64,000 bases of DNA, from positions 342-64,341 of the forward strand of contig JBDQJC010000008.1 of assembly GCA_040264055.1 (NCBI GenBank), given 5' to 3'. The DNA comes from Planctomycetota bacterium. Lineage in GTDB: Bacteria; Planctomycetota; UBA1135. Below, piece after piece: positions 17,821 to 26,840 of this stretch. The position numbers were made by a program, and so were the translations under genes. Below the pieces are notes generated by a model that worked only from the letters and a program-made list of their open reading frames with translations, was not told the origin of the DNA and ran no database searches. Every line of letters begins with the position of its first letter. Position 1 is the stretch's first letter.

Positions 17821-20430
17821 CTATTCGCCGACCAAGGCGCGGAGACCATGACTGAGCGCCCAACCGCCTGGTTGCGCAGAATCCATCACGGCCGCTTGCA
17901 GGTAGAACTCTTTGCCGACCAAGGCCGCCGAGTTCGGCAAGTTCACCGAAACTGAACCGACGCCGAAAGCGCTGGTTCGGAAGCCGAGCTGATAAATCAT
18001 CGTCTGTAAGTCGACAAAAACAAGCCCGCCCAAATCGGCAAGCTCGGCTTGCGCCGCGCAAACTGCCAGGAAGCCGTTCGCTTGTGCTGGCCCGCCGCTG
18101 ATCGAGAAGTTCACGGTCGATGCGATCAGGGGCTGGGAATCGGCGCGCAGCTGCAAGTGATTCGGTTCGCCGCGAAGCTCGCCATAAGGGAAGAAACCGG
18201 GCGTGCCCGGCGAGTAGTCCCAGACGCCGCGGCCGTAGGTGCCAAAGCGAATCACGTTGCGCGAGGGCACGGTCTCGACAGACCAATAGGTCGTGATTGG
18301 ACCTTGCGCACCCAAAATGTCATTCCATTGCTTGGCGACCGGATCCCATTCCCAAGCTCCGTTCTCGGTGCCCAGGAACATGCTGCCACTTCCGTCCGGG
18401 CCTTCGACCAAACAGTAAGCCAAAGTTCGCGGCAAATTCGCCGCACGCGTGCGCCAGCTCACACCGCCGTCATCGGAAAAGCGCACGATCGGGCTCGAAT
18501 ACCCCGAGCCCGCAATCCAAACTTCGTCGATGTTGCGCTCGCTCGCGACCAGGCTGGTCCCGTAGAAGTAATGCGAGCCGGGGCCAGTATCCGCGGACTG
18601 GGTCCAATTGACCGCTCCATCAGTCGAGTAGAAGATCCGTCCATCCGTCGTACAAGCCCAGGCGCGGTGCGGATCCAGCGGCGAAAACTCCAAACAACTC
18701 AAAGTGCCCGAGAAGTCATAGTTGCTGTGTTGCACGGGCGTCCAAGCGCGCGCGCCCGTTCGCGTGTAGCGCCAAATCTTCTTCCCCAAAAGGTAGAAGG
18801 ACTTCTTCTCGGTCGGATCGGCCACCATGAAGGGCAGCCATTGACCATCGAAAGAACCCGGGAAGTCGACCGTGATCAAGCTCGGGTTCACTTCGCCTTC
18901 TTGCACAAGAACGAAGCCCGGGTAATCGCTGTAGACCAAATCGTGGCTGCCATCCGAGCTACTGATGTGACCGTAGTCGCCCGAAATCAGCTGATCGAAG
19001 TCGGCGTAGGGTCCAGCCTGACCGCTCGGCGGCGGCGTCACCCCCCATTGATAACCCTGGTCCTGCGCCCCTGCGGCAATCACATTCGGATCACGCCGAC
19101 TGGTCCAAGTCGAGTAGTACTGGCTGACGCCGAGAGTCTCGAGCGACAAATTGCGCACCGTGCGCAAACGGTCAGTGCTTTCCCAGCTGCCGCCGTGGCA
19201 GTTGATGTACCAACGCTCGCCGTAGGACAAACTGCTTTCCGGTACCGCAGTGATCGACATGATGTCGGCGTGTAGCTTGCCGTCCGGGTCGCCGTAATAC
19301 TCTGACCAGCTATTCACTGTCTGGAAACTCTGACCCGAGTCGCGTGAGTAGTACATGTCGACCCCGCCATAGGCGATCAACTTGGTGGACTGCGTGCCCG
19401 TGCAAAATGCCGACCACATGCCAGGCAAATCGGACGGGTGTGTCCAAGTTGCTCCGGCGTCTTCGGTGCGCCAAAGTTGCCAGCCATTGCCATGGATCGG
19501 TTGCAGCGCAACGCTGAAGACTTGGCCAGGCCCACCGGCTTCGTGCCCGCCCAACAAGACCTGCGAGGCACTGGTCGGAATCTTGGCACCAAAACTCGTG
19601 AAGCTCAAGCCGCCGTTGCTCGAACGCCAAAGCCGATCTTTGTCGCACAGGTAGACATCGCCGAGTTGATCGCGCGGGGTCCACAGATCGGGGGTGTAAC
19701 CGCTCAGGTCGCGGACTTCTGTCCACGAAGCCCCGGCATCCGTCGAGCGCAGCAGGCGCCAGCCGGTGCGCTTGGCGAGCAAGAGCAGAGTGTGAGAAGC
19801 ATCGTCGAGCATCAAGAGACGACGGCTGTCGCTCAAGTTCTGCACGCCACTCGGCGTCTCCCAGCTAATGCCATCGTCCACGCTGCGCAGCAATTTGCCT
19901 CCTGCGCAACGCACCAGCACCGGTGTTCCGCCGGTCGGCACGGCGACCAAGTGCGCGACTCCGCCTTCCACCTGATCGCTGATCGCGGTCCAATCATTGC
20001 CCGCAGCCGGGCTCTTCCAAACTCCGCCGCGAGCGGAGCCCGCATAGAGAGTCGAGCGGTCTTCGGTGCGCGTAAGTGTCAGCACATTGCCGGCCTGGTT
20101 CCGACTGCCCACTTCGGCCCAACTTCCCGCGCTGAAGCTGCGACTTTGCCGAGCGGCATCCTTGCGAGCTTCGGCATCGAGCGCGTTCTGGCGCTCGAGC
20201 GCGCGCCAATCGACCCCGGGTGCGGCGCGATGGCGCTCTTCCATCCACTCACGACGCCGTTCTTGATTCCCGTCTTCATCCTGGCCAGCGGCAAGCTCGG
20301 GATCGCTCCCTTGCGCAGGCGGAAACAAGCCCGGCACGGAGCTCGCTCGCGAAGAATGCTGACAACCCAGCACTCCCGCCGCCCAGCATGCGCCGAGCAT
20401 CGAGAAACTCAACTTCTTGAATTTGTTCAT
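17821..20430 (-). CDS. Secreted BNR/Asp-box repeat beta-propeller protein (sortilin/Ycf48/sialidase-like) with a C-terminal beta-sandwich tail
   Basis: Seven or more SxDxGxTW boxes (SVDDGISWE, STDAGASWT, TEDAGATWT, SRDSGQSFQ, STDGAVNWT, SDDGGVSWR). Trimmed to ATG 20430 (MNKFKKLSFSMLGACWAAGVLGC). Confidence 0.8.
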   Translation of the reverse strand: MNKFKKLSFSMLGACWAAGVLGCQHSSRASSVPGLFPPAQGSDPELAAGQDEDGNQERRREWMEERHRAAPGVDWRALERQNALDAEARKDAARQSRSFSAGSWAEVGSRNQAGNVLTLTRTEDRSTLYAGSARGGVWKSPAAGNDWTAISDQVEGGVAHLVAVPTGGTPVLVRCAGGKLLRSVDDGISWETPSGVQNLSDSRRLLMLDDASHTLLLLAKRTGWRLLRSTDAGASWTEVRDLSGYTPDLWTPRDQLGDVYLCDKDRLWRSSNGGLSFTSFGAKIPTSASQVLLGGHEAGGPGQVFSVALQPIHGNGWQLWRTEDAGATWTHPSDLPGMWSAFCTGTQSTKLIAYGGVDMYYSRDSGQSFQTVNSWSEYYGDPDGKLHADIMSITAVPESSLSYGERWYINCHGGSWESTDRLRTVRNLSLETLGVSQYYSTWTSRRDPNVIAAGAQDQGYQWGVTPPPSGQAGPYADFDQLISGDYGHISSSDGSHDLVYSDYPGFVLVQEGEVNPSLITVDFPGSFDGQWLPFMVADPTEKKSFYLLGKKIWRYTRTGARAWTPVQHSNYDFSGTLSCLEFSPLDPHRAWACTTDGRIFYSTDGAVNWTQSADTGPGSHYFYGTSLVASERNIDEVWIAGSGYSSPIVRFSDDGGVSWRTRAANLPRTLAYCLVEGPDGSGSMFLGTENGAWEWDPVAKQWNDILGAQGPITTYWSVETVPSRNVIRFGTYGRGVWDYSPGTPGFFPYGELRGEPNHLQLRADSQPLIASTVNFSISGGPAQANGFLAVCAAQAELADLGGLVFVDLQTMIYQLGFRTSAFGVGSVSVNLPNSAALVGKEFYLQAAVMDSAQPGGWALSHGLRALVGE

Positions 20431-20645
20431 GGCGAAAAATGCGATCCTTTGCCGCAGCATTCGGACTGGGCGAAAGTCTATCCGGTTCCAACAGTTAGGG
20501 AACCGCTTGGAAGCCAACTGAGTCCTCCTCTGTGCGCGCTATCCGACTATCGGCAGCACATGAATCCAGCCTGTGGAATCAAGCCAGCAGCATTAGAGTG
20601 CCGATGTCTCACTGGCGTGTCTCCGCGCCCAGATACTACACGACC

Positions 20646-21845
20646 ATGCGTACACACAAGATCCTCGCGCTGATCCTTGCGCCTTCTCTAGCACTGGCCT
20701 CCTGTGGCGGCGGAACTTCGTCGACCGGGGCTTCCGGCGGTGCTTCAGGCAGCGGCAGCTGGGGCGGCCCCGGCTCAGGAAGCGGCGGCGGTAACAACGG
20801 CGGCGGCGGCGGCGGTGGCAGCACCGCGACCCTCACTTTCGAGGGCCCACGCGATGCCGCGCCAACCGCAATCGAGACCGTTGCGGTCAGCTGGGACCCA
20901 GCAATCCTGACTGCATCCACTGGCGATGACGTTCTTTATGACGTCTTCCGCGCTGACAATTCGGCCATGACGGGCGAACTCCTGCTCGGAACGACCGCCG
21001 TCGGGGTCAGCTCCTATGTGGACGCCGGCCTTACTCAAGGTCAGACCTACTTCTACCGAGTGGCCGCTCGGACCACCGAGTCCGGCTTGCTTGAAGAGCC
21101 GGATGTCGTGGTGTCGGCCAACCTTCCCTTGCAACCAACCGGCACGCCGATTGACTACGCCACCACGGTTGCCCCGCTCTGGTCGCGCTTGGGCAGCGAT
21201 GGTGTCACCACCTGTCTCGACTGCCATGACGGCGTGATCGCCAAGCCCGATTTGCAGACCTGGGAAGGCCTGATGATCGGCATGGGTACGCCCGCCGCTC
21301 CGGATAGCTTCGTCACCCCAGGCCTTGGGGAAGCGAGCTGGAAAGACCTGGTCAGCCGTGTCTTGAGCCACCCCGGTGCACTGAATAGCCACAAGATGTG
21401 GGCCTCCCAGGTTCCTGACCTGCAAGCAGGATTGGTGCCATGGATCGACGAGGGTGCTACCGAGACTCCGGATACGACCATCCCGGAATTCAACGCAGCC
21501 GACTTGGCCGATCCCGCCAAGTACACCGTCGAAGGCACGACCGGCATTCGAGTCGCGGTGCGCTTCCCGCACGCAATCGACCCAGAGAGCACGCCTTACG
21601 GCCCGCAGAGCTTTGACCACTTGCGCTACTCGATCTTCGCTGGCGAAACCAGCAACACGATCGATTGGGACAAGCAGTTCCGCGGCGTGCCCCGCAACAG
21701 CTTCCCCACTTCGGACGAGAGATACGTGCTGTTGTTCGACTGGGCTCCGAACACCGGTGTGTTTGTGGTGCGCGCAGCCGACTGGTTCACCAACACCACG
21801 GTCTCGGAAGTGGAATTGCACTTCGAGCGCGCCGCGGTGAACTAG
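20646..21845 (+). CDS. Lipoprotein: Gly/Ser linker, FN3, CxxCH (PSCyt1-like) domain, FN3-like domain; paralogue A
   Basis: Lipobox LALASCGG. FN3 signature VAVSWDP...YDVFRA...GQTYFYRVAA. TVAPLWSRLGSDGVTTCLDCHDG...WEGLMIGMGTP...FVTPGLGEASWKDLVSRV resembles the planctomycete cytochrome C domain. Confidence 0.7.
   Translation: MRTHKILALILAPSLALASCGGGTSSTGASGGASGSGSWGGPGSGSGGGNNGGGGGGGSTATLTFEGPRDAAPTAIETVAVSWDPAILTASTGDDVLYDVFRADNSAMTGELLLGTTAVGVSSYVDAGLTQGQTYFYRVAARTTESGLLEEPDVVVSANLPLQPTGTPIDYATTVAPLWSRLGSDGVTTCLDCHDGVIAKPDLQTWEGLMIGMGTPAAPDSFVTPGLGEASWKDLVSRVLSHPGALNSHKMWASQVPDLQAGLVPWIDEGATETPDTTIPEFNAADLADPAKYTVEGTTGIRVAVRFPHAIDPESTPYGPQSFDHLRYSIFAGETSNTIDWDKQFRGVPRNSFPTSDERYVLLFDWAPNTGVFVVRAADWFTNTTVSEVELHFERAAVN
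20784..20819 (+). repeat. (GGC)n-rich simple repeat encoding a poly-Gly linker
   Basis: ggcggcggtaacaacggcggcggcggcggcggtggc inside the CDS, translating to GGGNNGGGGGGG. Confidence 0.6.
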
Positions 21846-21866
21846 AGCGCATGCGCGTTCCACAAC

Positions 21867-21909
21867 GAGGCCCGTCTTCTTCGGAAGGCGGGCCTCGCTT
21901 CGTTCTGTC
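21867..21909 (+). terminator. Rho-independent terminator with UUCG tetraloop
   Basis: 13-bp stem GAGGCCCGTCTTC/GAAGGCGGGCCTC (one G-U pair), loop TTCG, then a GCTTCGTTCTGTC tail. Confidence 0.7.
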
Positions 21910-21931
21910 ACAAATCCAGAACGCCGCCTGA

Positions 21932-21944
21932 ATTTCTGAGAAAT
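21932..21944. promoter_or_regulatory. AT-rich perfect palindrome ATTTCT-G-AGAAAT upstream of paralogue B (candidate operator)
   Basis: 6+1+6 palindrome in the 165-nt spacer, 67 nt before ATG 22011. Confidence 0.3.
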
Positions 21945-22010
21945 CGCGGGCAGCCGAGAGAACCGGAGACGATAGTAGCCCTTGTGCCGTCTGGCATAGA
22001 GAACGCAAGA

Positions 22011-23153
22011 ATGCGACGCTTCGACCCTCTCGTGCTCGCCGTGTTGGGGCTGACCCTGGCCCTGAGCGGTTGCAAGAACCGCTCTGGCTCCGGATCCGGT
22101 TCGACCGGTGGCGGAGCAAGCGGCGGCGGTGGCGATGGTTCGGTCACGTTGAGTTTCGCCGGCCCGATCGACGCCGCTCCAAGTGCCGACGACAGCATCT
22201 CGCTGAGTTGGTCGATCGCGAGCAACTCAATTGGCGACCCCGCCTCGTCGATGCGTTACTCGGTCTACCGCGGTACGCAGCGTGACATGGCAGATGAAGC
22301 GCTGGTGCTCGCAACCACCGCGCAAACCTCGATGATTGACAGCGGTCTGCTTGATGATGTCACCTACTTCTATCGCGTCGTCGCCCAGGACTCGGCCGGC
22401 AATCAGTCGGACAATGCCGACCTCGTCTCGGCCCATCTGCCCGCGATTCCGCCGTCGCCGATTGAGTACATCGTCGAGGTCGAACCGCTTTGGTCCACGG
22501 TCACGGCGCGCGATGGCAAGTCGGTCTGCACCGATTGCCACCATGACGGCATGCCTTACGGTTTTCTTTCGCTCGAGAGTTGGGAACGCTTGATGATTGG
22601 CATCGGCACGCCAGCTAAGCCGAATAGTTTCATCATTGAAGGCAAGAGTAAAGCAACCGGTGCCGCCTTCGTCGAAGCCTACTTCGACCCGGACAATCCA
22701 GTACCCGAGCACAACGCCTGGCGATTCAAACGCGAGTTCTTCTTGCCCGAAGTCCAGATGTGGATCGACGAGGGCGCGCACCGCGCTCCCGACATGACGC
22801 GACCGGTGTTTGACTTCATGGACTTGCGCAATCAAGCCCGCTACTCCGCTACCGAGAACGGCGACGGCACTGTTTGGGTTAACTTCCCGCACGCCAGCGA
22901 TCCCGACAGCGAACCTTACCGAGGCACGGTCAATGATCACCTCGAGTACCACGTGTACGGTGGCGTCGATTCCCTTTCGATCGACTGGCGCAACCCGGTG
23001 GCGACCGTCAAGCGGTACAACTTCAAGAAGACCGAAAACAGTTACGGCGTGCGTTTCCCTTGGGCCTTCGAGACCGGTGTTTTCGTGGTGCGCGCTTACG
23101 ACTACACGCGCAATGCTTCGCTCAACGAACGCGAAGTCAGCTTGGCTGACTAG
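22011..23153 (+). CDS. Lipoprotein: Gly/Ser linker, FN3, CxxCH (PSCyt1-like) domain, FN3-like domain; paralogue B
   Basis: Lipobox LALSGC. Collinear with paralogue A (ISLSWS, VTYFYRVVA, VEPLWSTVTARDGKSVCTDCHHDG, WERLMIGIGTP, WIDEGA, TGVFVVRA). Confidence 0.7.
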   Translation: MRRFDPLVLAVLGLTLALSGCKNRSGSGSGSTGGGASGGGGDGSVTLSFAGPIDAAPSADDSISLSWSIASNSIGDPASSMRYSVYRGTQRDMADEALVLATTAQTSMIDSGLLDDVTYFYRVVAQDSAGNQSDNADLVSAHLPAIPPSPIEYIVEVEPLWSTVTARDGKSVCTDCHHDGMPYGFLSLESWERLMIGIGTPAKPNSFIIEGKSKATGAAFVEAYFDPDNPVPEHNAWRFKREFFLPEVQMWIDEGAHRAPDMTRPVFDFMDLRNQARYSATENGDGTVWVNFPHASDPDSEPYRGTVNDHLEYHVYGGVDSLSIDWRNPVATVKRYNFKKTENSYGVRFPWAFETGVFVVRAYDYTRNASLNEREVSLAD

Positions 23154-23793
23154 CGCGCGATTCGTCGACGACGCGCCAAAGCGTCCACGCGGCCTGGGTG
23201 CGGAACGGCGCCCAGGCCGTTGCGCGTTCTTCCAACTGCTTTGCGGTTGGGCGATCATTTGCCTGGTCCAGAATCCGCAAGCCTTCTTGCACGCCTAAGT
23301 CGGCGCTTGGCATGACATCCGGTCGGCCCAGTTTGAACATCAAGAAGATCTGCGCGGTCCAAACTCCGATGCCGCGCACTTGCACGAGGCGCTCGATGAC
23401 CAGTTCGTCGGCAAGGCGGCCGAGTCCGCGCAGCGCGAGGCGTCCGTCCTGTACGTGTTCGGCAAGGTCGCGTATCGATGCCAACTTGTTGCGCGACAGC
23501 CCCGAACCTCGCATTTGTTCTTCCGGCAAGGTCAGAACTTCCTCTGCCGAAGGTGCGCGACGGCCGGGCGTGAGTGCCGAGTAGCGACCCCAAATCGTTG
23601 CCGCAGCCGCCGTTGCCAGCTGCTGAAAAACAATCGATCGACTCAGATAAACGAAGTGCGATTGACGTGCAAGCGGGCCATTCGGCATGCTCGGCAATGC
23701 TTCTAAGCGACGGACGGCGTCGGCTAAGAGCGGCTCACAGCGCCGAAAGTGTGCCAAGGCACGGCGCCGTGAAGCCGCAAGCTCACTTGGCAT
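23137..23793 (-). CDS. alkA: DNA-3-methyladenine glycosylase II type HhH-GPD base-excision enzyme
   Basis: LVQVRGIGVWTAQIFLMFKLGRPDVMPSADLGV (HhH-GPD with catalytic Asp). ATG 23793 is preferred over GTG 23805. The 3' end overlaps paralogue B by 17 nt. Confidence 0.8.
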   Translation of the reverse strand: MPSELAASRRRALAHFRRCEPLLADAVRRLEALPSMPNGPLARQSHFVYLSRSIVFQQLATAAAATIWGRYSALTPGRRAPSAEEVLTLPEEQMRGSGLSRNKLASIRDLAEHVQDGRLALRGLGRLADELVIERLVQVRGIGVWTAQIFLMFKLGRPDVMPSADLGVQEGLRILDQANDRPTAKQLEERATAWAPFRTQAAWTLWRVVDESRASQPS

Positions 23794-25273
23794 CTTTGTC
23801 GTCACCAGCTACGGCAGCTGCCGGAGCGGGTTCTTCCTTCGGCCAGAGCACGCCTTCCCACCAACCGGTCATCGCGGCACCGCGACCCGTTTCGATGTGC
23901 AAGCTCGGCGGATCGACGACGCGTTCGGTGAACTTCTCGGAGAAGGTCGCCATGATTTCGCGTAGACGTTCTTCGCCCGCTTGGTGTGCAAGCACCACGA
24001 TGACTGAACCATCGCCAGCGCCACTCAAGCGGCCGCCAAACAAACCAGCATCGCGGCCGGCCTTTTGGATCTCGCCGAGTACGAAGTCGATCGCATCGTC
24101 CTGAATGCTGCACTTATCTCGCAGCGATCGATGCGATGAGCCAAGCACCTTGCCGGCTTCCGACAGGTGGTCCTCGCGCTTGGTGCGCGCGTATTCAGCC
24201 AGTTGCTCGACAAAGCGATGCACCCGACCGGACTCGCGCATTTGGTGCTCGGACAGAGCGCGTTCGCGATACGGACGCGACTCGTCGACGAGCTCGGCGA
24301 CTTCCGGCTCAAGCTTGGCAAAGCCCGCGACGAAATCTGCGCCGCTTTCGCGCGCCGGCACGAAACTGCGCAGGCCGCCTTCGAATTCCTTCGGTGTGAC
24401 CTGTCCCCAGCCGCCGTATTGCGGCTCCTTCTGCTTGCGGCGTTCCTTGTTCAGGTGCGCCATGCCCATCGCGGCGCCGACAGCGGCCGCGCGGCGGTCT
24501 TCCTCTTCGGTGACCGGGTCCATGCCCAAATCAATCGCGCCAAGGAAGGTGTGATCCGGAATCGGCGCCCACTGCATGGTCGGATCCGCTCCGTGTTCAA
24601 TGAACATGCCGGTTTGGCGCTCGGCCAGTGCGCAAGTAATCGCATCGCCAAGCGGAATCCGCTCGCCCATGATTTCCTTGGCGCCTTGCACGATCGCACG
24701 CGCTAGGCGAATGCCATCGACGCGCTTCTTATCCAGACCGGTCGAGGCCTTAAAGGCCATCGCGGTCGAGGTCATCATCGCGACATCGCCACCGAAGCCG
24801 TTCAGCACCGGCAAGCGCGACCAAACGATCAGGCTGAAGCCAAATTTCGGGGTGTTCAGCTGGTGCGTGCGGCGCAGGCCGATCATCGTGGCCATCATTC
24901 GCTTCATCCAACCGGAGTCGGTTTCTTCGAACAATGCCTCCAGCACGGCCATGCTGCGCGGCGGGCCTTTCTTGGTGTAGATATCGGAGATTTTCCCCGA
25001 CCAATCCAAGTTGCCGCCGTCATCCGCCCCGCCAAGGATGCGGATGTGAATCCCGTCGTCCTCGCGGTTCTGGATCGCGCTGTAGACCGCCCGCGAACTG
25101 GCGACGTGAAGGGTGGCGCCGCCGGTTTGCTCACCGGGACCACCAATCACTTGGTACACCGCAGGAGCTCGGGTGAGCCACAGCGGAACTTCGAGCTGCA
25201 GCAGATCGCCGGCGTTCCCTGGGAGGAGGAGCGAGAACGGCAGCAGCGAGGGGTTGAGAGCGGGTTGCGGCAC
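23783..25273 (-). CDS. Galactokinase-like GHMP-family protein with degenerate kinase motifs
   Basis: C-terminal SEHQMRESGRVHRF...GSSHRSLRDKCSI...GGRLSGAGDGSVIVVLAH is GalK-like. The P-loop reads NGFGGDVAMMTST and motif I reads IGGPGEQTGG. Start is uncertain (GTG 25273; alternative ATG 25381). Confidence 0.55.
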   Translation of the reverse strand: MPQPALNPSLLPFSLLLPGNAGDLLQLEVPLWLTRAPAVYQVIGGPGEQTGGATLHVASSRAVYSAIQNREDDGIHIRILGGADDGGNLDWSGKISDIYTKKGPPRSMAVLEALFEETDSGWMKRMMATMIGLRRTHQLNTPKFGFSLIVWSRLPVLNGFGGDVAMMTSTAMAFKASTGLDKKRVDGIRLARAIVQGAKEIMGERIPLGDAITCALAERQTGMFIEHGADPTMQWAPIPDHTFLGAIDLGMDPVTEEEDRRAAAVGAAMGMAHLNKERRKQKEPQYGGWGQVTPKEFEGGLRSFVPARESGADFVAGFAKLEPEVAELVDESRPYRERALSEHQMRESGRVHRFVEQLAEYARTKREDHLSEAGKVLGSSHRSLRDKCSIQDDAIDFVLGEIQKAGRDAGLFGGRLSGAGDGSVIVVLAHQAGEERLREIMATFSEKFTERVVDPPSLHIETGRGAAMTGWWEGVLWPKEEPAPAAAVAGDDKDAK

Positions 25274-25332
25274 GACGCAACGGTGCCGCGAGAAAAACCT
25301 CAACGGCGAGCACTCTTTATGCCCTCGCGGTG

Positions 25333-25362
25333 CCAAAAACGCAAGCCTGGAACAGGACTTGC
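25333..25362 (-). terminator. Rho-independent terminator after the sulfatase-like gene
   Basis: Minus strand reads GCAAGTC-CTGTTCCA-GGCTTGC (7-bp stem including one G-U pair) followed by GTTTTTGG. Confidence 0.55.
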
Positions 25363-25367
25363 GGGAA

Positions 25368-26840
25368 CTAGCCGTCGCCATCTGCGCCCGATTCGGGCGC
25401 TTTGGCATCGCTTTCCGGCGCCTTGTCGCTGTAACCCAGACGTTCCAGCACCTCACGCTCGGCTTCGGTTTGCTTCACTTCGCGCATGACCGCGCGCTTG
25501 CTGATGCCCTGAGCTGCCCAGGCACGCAAAGCCCCTCGCAATCTGGCGTGAATATCGCCGGCCCGATTGGCTGAAATAGGATTCTGCTCAAGGGGATCCT
25601 GGGCAATATCGAAGAGCTGCAATTGCCCGTCTTGATCAAGGATCATGCGCCAATCCCCCTGGTTCACCGCCCATGCATCCAAGGGTTTGAACTTGTTTTT
25701 CCGCCGGTGCGCATACAGCATCCGGCCTTCTAACTCGGCCGCATGCGGTGCCGTCAGCAGGGGCGCCAAGCTTTGTCCAGAAGTCTCGACCGGTGGCGCA
25801 AGTTGTAGCCAATCCAGCAGGGTCGGCAGTACATCGTGCAAGCCAACCGGAGTCGCGCGTCGTCCGGCTTGGACTCCCGGGCCGCGCGCCATGAGCACAA
25901 CTCGGTTGAGTTCCGCGTGCATATGGAAGGGGTGCCCGATTCCACCGTGCTCACCGAACTCCTCGCCGTGGTCCGAAACGACAAGGACAAGCGTGTTGTC
26001 ATCCCAGGCCCAGCTCTTTTCGAGCGCCGCAAGATGCTCGTCGAGAAAACGCAACTCGCTGCGATAAGCCTCGGCGGCTTCTTCGGCCTCGCTGCGAGGC
26101 TGGCCCGCACCCGGCTCGCTGCCATCCCCCGCCGCATCGGCCTGGTACCACGGCGCGCGCCGGTTGTACGGCTTGTGCGTGTCCATGTAATGGAGGTACA
26201 GGAAATACGGTTGCTCGCTCTGGGTGAGATCTTCGCGCCAGGCGTCGACCCACTCGCTGACTTGATCGGCCGTTCCTTCCGGCTCGGCAACGAACTTCTC
26301 GAAGCCCCGATCGAAACCGATCTCAGGGCCGATGTTCGGATTGGTCGCCAAGCCAAAGCAGCGGTAGCCAAACTCGCGCAGATACTGCGGCAGCAGCACC
26401 ATGTCGGGCGCAAAAGTATTGATCAAAGTGCCCTGCGGCGTGAGCTCGGCGACACCCTTCTCCTTTTGCCGACTCTCGCGGCGCACATTTGCCATGAAGC
26501 CTTCGACGATGCCGTGTTCGGGAGGGTAGAGCCCGCTAAACAAGGAAGCGCAAGCGGGAGCCGTCCAAGTCGAAGTGCTCCAGCAGCGGTCGAAGACGGC
26601 GGCTTGCTTGGCGAAGTTCGCCATCCATGGCGAAGTCGGGCGGCTTGCGCCGTAAGCCTGGGTGTAGTCCGGTCGAAGCGCGTCGAGCATCAGCACGACC
26701 ACATTGGGCTGCTTGCCGCCAGCGCGCGGTGCCCATCCGCGCAGCGCTTGCGTCGCCCGGGCTCGCGAAGCCGCCGCCCAAGCCGTTGCACCTACAAGGG
26801 CGCTCTTCGACAGGAACTCGCGACGCGTCGACGGGCTCAT
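25368..26840 (-). CDS. Tat-exported alkaline-phosphatase-superfamily (sulfatase-like) hydrolase with Thr at the nucleophile position
   Basis: Tat signal STRREFLSK. VVVLMLDALRPDY and STWTAPACASLFSGLYPPEHGI align to the sulfatase CxPxR...LxTG...HG block, but with TAPAC in place of CxPxR. Confidence 0.8.
   Translation of the reverse strand: MSPSTRREFLSKSALVGATAWAAASRARATQALRGWAPRAGGKQPNVVVLMLDALRPDYTQAYGASRPTSPWMANFAKQAAVFDRCWSTSTWTAPACASLFSGLYPPEHGIVEGFMANVRRESRQKEKGVAELTPQGTLINTFAPDMVLLPQYLREFGYRCFGLATNPNIGPEIGFDRGFEKFVAEPEGTADQVSEWVDAWREDLTQSEQPYFLYLHYMDTHKPYNRRAPWYQADAAGDGSEPGAGQPRSEAEEAAEAYRSELRFLDEHLAALEKSWAWDDNTLVLVVSDHGEEFGEHGGIGHPFHMHAELNRVVLMARGPGVQAGRRATPVGLHDVLPTLLDWLQLAPPVETSGQSLAPLLTAPHAAELEGRMLYAHRRKNKFKPLDAWAVNQGDWRMILDQDGQLQLFDIAQDPLEQNPISANRAGDIHARLRGALRAWAAQGISKRAVMREVKQTEAEREVLERLGYSDKAPESDAKAPESGADGDG

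Noticed and set aside
20483-20505. 7-bp inverted repeat CGGTTCC-N9-GGAACCG in the 215-nt BNR/paralogue-A divergent spacer as an operator
   Set aside because: It is short and unremarkable in GC-rich DNA, with no second copy elsewhere in the window. Noted but not convincing.
18049-20673. 408-aa and 411-aa plus-strand ORFs opposite the BNR-repeat gene
   Set aside because: They are antisense to a gene with seven or more canonical Asp-boxes. The products are Arg-rich and featureless.
20704-20823. GGC/GGT-rich repetitive tract as a possible tandem-repeat locus or CRISPR-like feature
   Set aside because: It is in frame within the lipoprotein gene and simply encodes the Gly/Ser linker. There is no spacer-repeat periodicity.
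20775-23258. 378-aa and 343-aa minus-strand ORFs opposite the two FN3-CxxCH lipoprotein genes
   Set aside because: The plus-strand genes are supported by mutual paralogy, lipoboxes and a terminator. The antisense ORFs have no support.
25368-26840. Annotation as a genuine arylsulfatase
   Set aside because: The formylglycine motif C/S-x-P-x-R is replaced by T-A-P-A-C, so sulfate-ester hydrolysis via FGly is unlikely. It is kept only as a sulfatase-fold or AP-superfamily enzyme.
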